A stretch of DNA of 64,000 bases, from positions 1,942 to 65,941 of the forward strand of contig CALWTK010000030.1 in the NCBI GenBank assembly GCA_944384465.1, read 5' to 3'. How positions within the stretch are numbered: the stretch's first letter is position 1; every line of letters begins with the position of its first letter. This document shows positions 50,630 through 60,300 of the stretch, piece by piece. Both the position numbers and the translations under genes were made by a program. The notes under the pieces were generated by a model, which was not told where the DNA came from, made no database searches, and saw nothing but the letters and a program-made list of their open reading frames with translations. Origin of the DNA: an uncultured Clostridia bacterium (GTDB lineage Bacteria > Bacillota > Clostridia > Christensenellales > UBA1242).

Positions 50630-51291
50630 TTTGCTGAATATCCCCAGCCATCATTAAACACAGCTAAATATGCTTGATTAGCACTTTGCACTGCTTCAAA
50701 TTCAATATATAAACGAACCTGTGAATTCAATAACTCTACCGGCGCAGTCTCAAGCAAGGTTATACCTGTCGCGAAAATCATATTTTGACCTGCACTTATA
50801 GTATTGTTCATATAATAAATGGTATTTGTAACGCTACCTACAGTCTTCAAACTAGTAGTAAATACGTTACTTTCAATTTTGAAATATTGACCGAAATTTA
50901 CAGTATTATCAATGTTGCCATCTACCACCTTGTACGCATTAATTCTAAATCGTATATAACTGCTACAAGAATCATTAGACGCATTGAACGCTAAATATTC
51001 CAAATCTGTACCATCTGCCAATGCCAATTCAAAAGTCGTACCTCTCGCGATTGTGCCACTAGAATCACTTGGTCGAACGGACAAAGTATCATCATTTACC
51101 ACTATTGGCGAATTTGGGCTGCTGACAGTTGTATAAGCAAATCGCACATTTAAGTTTGAGAAAGTTATATCTCCAGTAACCTGATGCGATGATGTAAAAT
51201 ATGAATATGTGACATTGAAAGCGAACAAAAAGATTAGCGCCAATACGACGAGTAGTCCAACTATTTTAATCTCCTTGTTCTTAATCTTCAT
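50620..51291 (-). CDS. TasA/camelysin-like secreted protein with SipW-type signal peptide (paralog 1)
   Basis: 223 aa. Its N-terminus is MKIKNKEIKIVGLLVVLALIFLFAFNVTYS|YFTS. It also has YIRFRINAYKV and, near the C-terminus, LYIEFEAVQ. Confidence 0.72.
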   Translation of the reverse strand: MKIKNKEIKIVGLLVVLALIFLFAFNVTYSYFTSSHQVTGDITFSNLNVRFAYTTVSSPNSPIVVNDDTLSVRPSDSSGTIARGTTFELALADGTDLEYLAFNASNDSCSSYIRFRINAYKVVDGNIDNTVNFGQYFKIESNVFTTSLKTVGSVTNTIYYMNNTISAGQNMIFATGITLLETAPVELLNSQVRLYIEFEAVQSANQAYLAVFNDGWGYSANWS

Positions 51292-51305
51292 ATCCTTTCC
51301 CTTCT

Positions 51306-53729
51306 TTAATTAAAATATTCATCAAATATTTGTTGTACTTGTGTCCCCCAGCTATTTAGCGTCGAAGCTGAATATTCCCCTGTGTCTAATATCGTTTCAA
51401 GCTTGACGCTAGACGATGTAGTCATAGGGATTTTCACTACTTGGCCTGGTCTAACTATGCCAATATAATAGTTATATCCATCAATTGTCACGACATTAGG
51501 GACTGAACTTGTCTCCATGTTACCTGTAAATCTGACATAATATGATGAGGTAGAATTATTTATTATATACGCGCCACTGGTGCCTTCATCTATTATATTT
51601 ATTGATGTGCTAACTGCACTAGAACTGCCCACTGCGGTACTATTGAATGTTAGATACCCATTTGTAGAGATTGTTACTGAAGCAATTTTGACAGTCTCAT
51701 TAGGTTGTATCGTCAAATCTGCAGCTGCAAATTGATACCCACTACCCGATGATGGTGTTCCTGTTGTTGACAATGTAAAACCATTATATAGTGTCGCATT
51801 AGTGAGTGAAATCAATTCTCTCGAATATGACAAAATATAATATTGCAGTTGTGGATTCCATGCGCTATTTGTGTTTTGCTTGTATGTCCCAGACGCTGTA
51901 TCGTAATAATAATATCTCCAATAACTAGAAGCCCAATCATCTGGCTGTGCGCTGGTTGATGCATAATTTGCTACATTTCTATTTGCCACTAATTCTGCGG
52001 AAATCCCAGTAATCGCTTCCATACTATAATTTTTCACACTGAATGTAAGTATAGTATTACTTCCACTGACAATCGCGCTTGTCTCTACTGAAAGTGCTGT
52101 AGAGGTCGACGTGTCATTCGAATTGTCTATCTCGATTTCAGGTACTAGTACCACCCAAAAATCATAGGTCCCATAATTAGATATGATAGTATTCCTAAGT
52201 GCGTCATTTACCACGAATTGTTCCAACACATTAACTGTAGAGTATGGCGCAATATAACTGGTAAGGTTGATCGCGTTTGCTGTAAAATCTGTTGAAGATG
52301 TTGTGGTGCCTGTATCCCTATACCATAGCGTTGGATTATCGAAGCTCCCAGCATCGCCCGAAATTTGATCTCCAATGATAGATGTCTTCGCGTTAGAAAT
52401 ATAATATCTTAAGGTGAAACTTACGCTGACACGAATTTTATTAGCTGTATTGTTAGTGATACTGACGTTAGTGTCAAAGGTCTGCCGACCACCACCACCC
52501 AAAGTGATATCATATAGTCCTGCTTGATATAATGACGTATTGACGACACTTACGACATTATGGGTGCTTGGATCATATGTCCCTACCGTTACTACATCAG
52601 TTGTATTGACAATGTTGCCTACGAGAATATTTGTTTCGTTTTCAGAAGTCGAAAATGTATTAAATGCTACATCATTGATGTTGACTTCTGTAATAATTAA
52701 TTTGTGATTGCTGTAATCAGATTGAGCTAAGTTACCACGACTGATTATCTCTACACTATCCAAAATATTGATATATAGTGCAGTATTTTCAGGAATGATT
52801 AAATTGTAAGTGTATACCTCAAAGGTATTGTCCGCCAACTTATTTTTAAACACCCAACCTGAAGAATAATTGAACAATATGTTATTGTCGTTAACCGTCG
52901 CAGAACCACCATTTTCTGTACGCCAAGCGCCAAGAACGCTAACTTTCAAAGTTATAGGTGAGGAGCCATTTATAATATACATTCCGACTCCGGCATATGC
53001 CTTGTTTCCACCTGCCCAATTGGCGCTGGAGACAGTAGAACCTGTCATCACCTTTTGATATGCTGATTCTACCCCCGGATGAGAGACTCCGTGACTCAAA
53101 TTATAACGTGAATTATATACAATCACATGAGCGCCAGATAGTGATGACCTATTCTTATATTGAATCCAGGCGTCTCCTGCCACACTATCCACATACAAAT
53201 CATGTGAAGTTGTATAAGTCGAAGTCGATTTCCTGATTTTCACTTCATCGATGTTTATTGTCAACGAATCACCTTCATATGTGGTATCCGTCGTGTCTGT
53301 GAAACTTACCCCAGTAAATACTGTCAATGTGTCCGTCCCCGCTGGGATTGTCTCGGTATAATAGATGTATTCATTGTCCACTATGAAGTTATTTCTATTA
53401 GCATAATTTAATATTACATTCGAAGTATCTGCTCCGCTTGACCAAGATAGACTATATTTAATCCTGATATCAAAAGAGTAACTGAATGAATATTGAATAG
53501 CCACTTCATAATTGCGTGCACCTGTACCAAAAGGTATAGGAGTTTTTTCTGTGTCATTGATCACGACATACGATTGTTTAGCTGCATAAGCTGTCGTATT
53601 ATAACTATTACTCCCCAGCGACATATTGACTATCTGAGCTGCATAAGTTATTCCCATAGTACATGCAAAAACCACCGCCAAAATGGCAGCTATAATTGAG
53701 AACCAATTTTTCTTAGTTTTTGCCCTCAT
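51306..53729 (-). CDS. 807-aa secreted S/T/N-rich protein with TasA-like signal junction (candidate large fibre subunit or tip protein)
   Basis: Its N-terminus is MRAKTKKNWFSIIAAILAVVFACTMGITYA|AQ. The only Cys lies in the signal peptide. Its ATG directly abuts the sipW stop codon. Confidence 0.75.
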   Translation of the reverse strand: MRAKTKKNWFSIIAAILAVVFACTMGITYAAQIVNMSLGSNSYNTTAYAAKQSYVVINDTEKTPIPFGTGARNYEVAIQYSFSYSFDIRIKYSLSWSSGADTSNVILNYANRNNFIVDNEYIYYTETIPAGTDTLTVFTGVSFTDTTDTTYEGDSLTINIDEVKIRKSTSTYTTSHDLYVDSVAGDAWIQYKNRSSLSGAHVIVYNSRYNLSHGVSHPGVESAYQKVMTGSTVSSANWAGGNKAYAGVGMYIINGSSPITLKVSVLGAWRTENGGSATVNDNNILFNYSSGWVFKNKLADNTFEVYTYNLIIPENTALYINILDSVEIISRGNLAQSDYSNHKLIITEVNINDVAFNTFSTSENETNILVGNIVNTTDVVTVGTYDPSTHNVVSVVNTSLYQAGLYDITLGGGGRQTFDTNVSITNNTANKIRVSVSFTLRYYISNAKTSIIGDQISGDAGSFDNPTLWYRDTGTTTSSTDFTANAINLTSYIAPYSTVNVLEQFVVNDALRNTIISNYGTYDFWVVLVPEIEIDNSNDTSTSTALSVETSAIVSGSNTILTFSVKNYSMEAITGISAELVANRNVANYASTSAQPDDWASSYWRYYYYDTASGTYKQNTNSAWNPQLQYYILSYSRELISLTNATLYNGFTLSTTGTPSSGSGYQFAAADLTIQPNETVKIASVTISTNGYLTFNSTAVGSSSAVSTSINIIDEGTSGAYIINNSTSSYYVRFTGNMETSSVPNVVTIDGYNYYIGIVRPGQVVKIPMTTSSSVKLETILDTGEYSASTLNSWGTQVQQIFDEYFN

Positions 53730-54371
53730 CTATAAAAACAACCTCCTTGTCCTACGAACATCAAATTCGTTTTGAACTGTGGCGCTAACGCACCAAATGG
53801 ATAGAATTATTGCAATGATCAACAATTTATGGTCATTGATGAAACTAAAATAGCTTCCCCAATTGTTCAATGTAGCGACCACTTTGCCTTCAATATCTGC
53901 TTCTGTAACGATTTGAACATGGTTGACTAATTTGTGACCGCTCTCATCTTTTCCGTTCAAGATTTCTTCATAAGTCATATCTGCTAGCCTGTCTATCTCC
54001 CACTGATAATCTCCAATATGATCATACGAGCCGTCTGTATTTTGATTATTGTCTCCATGGCAGATATAATAGGTCGTGCCTTGATATTCTTTGATAGCCA
54101 CCAATCTATGAGTCGTAGGGGTGCCATTATGATCAAATTTAATGATATCTCCCAACTCGTAACTATCTTGTGCCTTTACAATGACCATATCCCCAGCTGT
54201 GAAATAGGGAGCCTGACTGTTTGACAATACATTGTATGGTCTAAACTTGAAGCCATATACCAAAATCAGACAAACAGCCAGCATGATACAAATTGCTACA
54301 ACTATATTATACATCAGTTGTTTGAAAAAGTTAAACGATTTGTTTTCCAATATTTCATCACTGTAATTCAT
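53730..54371 (-). CDS. sipW: Archaeal/ER-type signal peptidase I (SipW family)
   Basis: 213 aa. It has an N-terminal TM segment, a Ser box VLSNSQAPYFTAGDMVIVK, a His box TTHRLV, HGDNNQNTDG, and a C-terminal TM segment LLIIAIILSIWCV. Confidence 0.8.
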   Translation of the reverse strand: MNYSDEILENKSFNFFKQLMYNIVVAICIMLAVCLILVYGFKFRPYNVLSNSQAPYFTAGDMVIVKAQDSYELGDIIKFDHNGTPTTHRLVAIKEYQGTTYYICHGDNNQNTDGSYDHIGDYQWEIDRLADMTYEEILNGKDESGHKLVNHVQIVTEADIEGKVVATLNNWGSYFSFINDHKLLIIAIILSIWCVSATVQNEFDVRRTRRLFL

Positions 54372-54382
54372 TTTCTCCCCTT

Positions 54383-57300
54383 TTAAATTTCATAACAGCC
54401 AGATACAGTTATATTAGTTTGTGTGCTTGTTCCATATATACCTATTTGATTTACACCCGTCTGAGTGAGCGTGGTCTGTTCAATAAACGCATAGCCTATA
54501 CCGCAATCAGTTACTTGACAATTCACATTCCCAGTACTTGCTGTCCTCAAGGCACCTGCCACTGCGCCAATGTTGATTGATTTTGTCGCATTGACTATTT
54601 GAATATTGAATTCCATAGTCACTTGTGCTTCGTTGATGATGACGCTCTGTCCGGTACCGACTATTCCGCCCATATTAGTGTCCACATTCAAGCCCTGATG
54701 TGTGGCTGTCCCTGTCGATGTACAACCATCAATAGTTATCTTGTTAGCAAATCCTACAATTCCGCCTATGTATGCTGAATAAATGTTAGTGATGTTCATG
54801 TTGACAACTGCATCGTACACACCGCTCGTCCTAGCATCTTCGCCATTCATATATCCTACAGCTCCACCGATATAAGTAAATCTCCTATTAGTTACGCCTT
54901 GAGATAGTGTGAAGTTTATCTGTGAATTCCTGCTAGATGAAGATGTGATAGTCGTCGACTCTGCATTCGCAACCACACCACCAATATACGAGCCTCCTGT
55001 CGAGAAGTCAGCATTGAACTGAACATCCACGTCTACTAGCAAACATCCGGATATTGTGGTCGAAATCGTATTAGCGAACAATCCACCAATGTAGACGTCA
55101 CCTTGTAATGTACCATTGCCCGCGATGATGAACGTCAGATTGTATACCGTCAAATCCTCTATTGTGGAATTAGTTGAATTGATTGCTACTAGACCTAATT
55201 TTAACACATCTTGAGTGTTGTTGGCAAATGTATTTGATATAATTATTTCTTCTGTTGATGCTCCTATAATCAAATTCTTGATTGTGGCACCATTGATACT
55301 ATTGAACAATGCCAAACTGCTGACGCCATTTACATTGATTGTGTTCAAACCATGTATTGAATAACCGCCACCATCAATATAACCATAGAACTCATCACAT
55401 ATAATATACCCATTTGTCTCTATTCTACTAGCGATGTTCGAACCAGATAAGTCTATTGCTGATATCAACTCATAATAAGCGCTGTTGAACCTGCCGATAT
55501 TGAACAATTCATCTGCACTATCTAATCTATACGGATTATCTTCAGTACCTGCACCATAACTGAACAAATTGAAGTTTAGATCATCTCCACTGCTTGCGTC
55601 TGAGTACATGCTTCCTTCACGTTCCACTTGCACGACAAAGTCTGTAATCATACCCATCTCTGTAGGTGCATAGAAGTAATATCTAACTCCATCTTCTATG
55701 AAGTAAGCCCCTGACTGATTGTATCTAATATTGACTGTGACCATAGTCGCCGTGCTGGATAGCACCACATTTCCTGCTTCAGAGCGAATATATGGTCTAA
55801 AGTTATATGAGATTCTCAAGATGTCAGTTTCACCAAAGTCGTCTGCCGTCTGCCAGTAGTATCTATAATTTGTATCGTCAAACATCACAGCACCGACTGC
55901 GTTTGGTCTATCTTTTGAACTCACAAATGTAGCAGAATCGCCATTGAATACGTATCCATATCCGACACCAATTGCCTGCACTGTTACAGAATATTGTCCA
56001 GTCATACCTACAGGAGCTACACATGAATTGTTAGACTCTCCTTCAATTTGTTGTTCAACAACCAAAGGATCCCCTGCCGAATTAGTATAATTGAAGGTGA
56101 CAATGTAACCTTGTGCACCATCCACCACATCCCAGGTCATAGCTGCAGGGTTGGTCTCATCTATTCGAATATTTGCGACCATCGCCAACTTTGTGAATGT
56201 ATTTGTAGATACAGTGTTCCTTGCTGTGATCATTGTGTCACCTACCGCTCTGATCTCTATGTTGTAATCGCCTGCTAGTATACGCTCACTGTCGTCAGAC
56301 AAAGTTGTTTCAAAATCTATCAATGTGTCGCTAGTCGTGAAGGTATAAGTATTGTCTCCGCTAGTCATCACCACTTCGTATGACACAGCTCCGTCCACTC
56401 CTGCCCATGACAACATGCCATCCATTGATGTAATAGATGTATCATTTACTCTCGCCACTCGGTTCATAACGATCGCATCAGTAGGATTCGAATTCAAAAT
56501 AGCTGTACTAGAATTTGAATTTCCTACAACATACAATACTACCGAATAATTAATACCAGAGTCTATGTATACAGAAGAATTCGTGCCTGAAATGTTGTAT
56601 CTAGAATCGGCGAACCTATAATAATGATATTGATATACTCCGTTGTCATACTGTGCTGTTCCGTTCGAGTTTATTAAGATACGGACATCTTGATAATTGA
56701 TGTCCTGATAGGTGAGAATAATGTTGACTGTAGAGTAGTTGTCTAGATCGGCCACTCTCCATTTTAACACACCATCTTCAATCACCACACTGTTATCTAT
56801 AATGCCCCTTGATTTTACAAAGGCAAGGGTTATATCCGTTCCGTTAGTCTTGGCATATGCGCCATTCAAAATATATTGATTTGCGTCTGTCGCTATTGCT
56901 TTGATTTTGATTGTATATTCGCCCGCATTGTTGATCTCTATCATCTCTCCGCTAATTTCAATGCTTGCTGGGATCTCATAAGTAATCTTGTGATTTACGC
57001 TATCCACCGTCACTCCTTCGCTATCGCGGTTGATAGTATAAACATATTCTTGTCCACTAGTCACATCATATAATGTGATTTCATAGTCATATATGTAAAT
57101 TGTCTGATTGATCCCTTGTACTGTACCTAAATTAAATTCTAGCACTCCAGAGTTGCTTGATATAGTAGTATTTGAAATCTTTCTGAATGTAAATGATGTG
57201 GTAGGTTGTTTTGAATTCAACAGATAGTTAGCATCATCTTCGTTTCCTGTCGTGCCTATACCTGCTAAGGTCTGTACTTGCACATTATACGACCCGGAAT

Positions 57301-60300
57301 TGAATACATAGTCTCCATTGCTGTTCAAATAATTCGAAAAATCAAACAATATAATATTTTCATTCGTCTCATCATAAGTCACTTGAACATAGTACCCATC
57401 CGCATTGTTTGTGATCTGTCTAGCTTCTTCTTCATTGGTATAATACAGATATACCACCGTCGTATCTTGCGAATTTAATGGTGTAATAGACAATTTATAT
57501 ACAGGATAATCTAACACATTGTCATACTCATCCCTAGGAGATTGATTTTCTAGCCTTATCATGCCGTTATATGATGACAATATGTTGTCCCCATATCTGA
57601 TGAATGTATTTGATGAGTTGATATTCGATGTCAAATAACCTGATTGAGCGATTATAATATCAGATGCCGATTCAGTCTGAATAACGCTATCCCCGCCGAG
57701 CATGCTGACTCTAATCACGAATGTGCCCCCTGACGCTAGGTCGATAGTCACAAAGCCATTATCTGCATCTACTCCTGTATATACGAATTCGCCATCTTGT
57801 TTTGCCACATTGATTGGATAATAATATAGCGCATCATAATCTCGTAAATTAATATAGTTGTTTTCAAACACATTGAAGTATAAATATCTTGTCTCTTGGT
57901 TATACGTATATGCATATCTGACATAAGCACATAGTCCATTCATCTCGCCGCTAAAAGATACATAATCAGATGTAGTCAAAGTAGAATTCTCTATTGCCGC
58001 CATGAATAAATAATAATCCACAGCATAAATGTCGTACGAAGAAGTAGATGTTGTGATATTCAATTTGTAAATGACGGTCTTGTTCCAGAACGAATTTGTG
58101 CTCAAATTCTCTTGCCCGTTGAACTGATAATTGAAGTTTGAATTGTCGTATTCATCTTCATAGCCGAACTGCAACACACCAGCCTGCACTTCGAACAAAG
58201 CATTTTTCAATTTTACAGAATTCAATTCGCTGACACCGATGGACTTCTTCGAACTTATTACACACAATACGCTGTTAGAATTCCCAACAAGTCTAATATT
58301 TATTGTATAGTTTCTGCCTGACATAATGTTCAATATGTCATTATCCAAAATCTCTACAATAAATTTGTAGCTAGTATTTAATTGCGCTTCACGTCCGCCA
58401 TCAACTTCATCTTGCCAACTTTGGATATCTGCAAGTGCCGCTTCGGCATCTTCAGCTCTTGAGTATATTAGACGCTCTGTTCTATCACTACTTTCTGTAT
58501 CTACAAACTCTATTTCCGCTTCGCTAAAATACTGATTCGCATACAAAATCAAACTGCCATCATCTATTGTCACTTGTTCAATTTCTGGCATACGATACAC
58601 TTGCATGATCTCGCTTGTCTGACTATTCAATATGTTAGCTTTGTTACTGATAGCTTGTACAGAAACGCCATAGACTCCATATAGGTCGGCGAATTCTGCG
58701 TTTGAGAAATCAAATTCAGATATAGTGACAGTGTCTAGCCCTATTTCTGTCTCGAAATCATTGGCATACACACGCACAATATAACTCGTAGCATTATCAT
58801 TCGCCGTCCAGACTATACGTCCCTGATCTGCGAACAAGGCAGGAGTGTCCATTATAGTTATAGTGTAGCCAGTCGAATAAGCAGACGAACATAAATTGTA
58901 GTTTGAGATTGTCTTTGGGACTTCTTTCACATAGATTGTATAAGTATTAGCTCCGAATATCTCGTCACCAGAGACTGTCCCATTCCCATCCGCATCATAG
59001 CCATATGGGAAGATGATGTTTGTATCAATTATAGTTGATGGGTAAGATAGATAATTATTACCGCTCGATTGATCTAAATATTTCAAATTGCTATCATTGC
59101 TATAGCGAGTCACCTTGTTGTCGCCCGTTCCTATCTCTATTTTGAAAATATATCCGTATGTTAAATCCTCACTATTCAAAACATTATTTGCATTACCCGT
59201 CCATGAGATATGATCAACATATTCTGAAACGTCAACATTGCTTGTATATTTGCTGATATTCGTAGGACTCAGTAATCCGTACACTTCTATAGAAGTAGAA
59301 TTCGAATTCATATAATATACGCTGTTTTCTACATCTTCATATTCCACACGGATAGATACAGATAGATTTTCTCTAATCAGTGAAGTTGTGCCATAATTCA
59401 ATACAATATATGGGTCTATTGTTATCCTGCTGCCATTTAGACTCACTCCTTCGCTATCTAAATTCAAGGATACTTCTCTAGTGCCATTTAATATGACTAT
59501 TGCGCAATTTACCTCTGCATTTTGCAACAATGTGACCACATCGCTTGACACGCTTAAAATTATATCCCCATTTTCTATAGATACGACTGGAGTAGCAAGC
59601 TTATTTACATTGATAGTCTCACTCAAATTTGAATTGGTGTACTGCCCGGCGAATGAAATGGATTTTATGGCAATTTCAAGATTCCCACTTTCGCTTGACA
59701 GGTCATAACTTAATGATGTCAAAAGACTTGAATTGATTTTCTCAAAGCCATCCGCCACCCTTTTGTAGACTTCGTACCCGACTGCGTTTGCCACAGGAGA
59801 GAAAGTCAATATTCCGTTGCTGACGCTGATGTTTGATACTGACTCTATCTTTATGAACATCAATTCATTGGACACACTAGACGAGAATACATATATCGTA
59901 TCTAGTTCTTGATTGAATTCAGCGTTCGCCACTACATAAGCTGAAACGTATATATTCCCTATTAGGTCAAATTCATCAAGATTAAACGAGATGGTGGACT
60001 CATCTACATTTTGATACCTTTGCGTAACTAAATTAGTCTTATTTCCTCCCTCATCTTTGTTGTAGATTTCCACAACATATTCAGTGTCATAATCCACCTG
60101 CTCTACAGCAAAAGAAATGACTACTGAATTGTTATCCGAATTATTATCTTTTGAAGAGGTAAGTTCGATCTGTTGCGCCCTTGTGAAAAGGAGTTCATCA
60201 CTGACCACACTCAAAGTTAAATTTGCCTCATTAGAATTCGTATTGAGCGTGACCACTGCAATAGTATTAATCTCCTTTATATATTCATTAGGTACATTAT

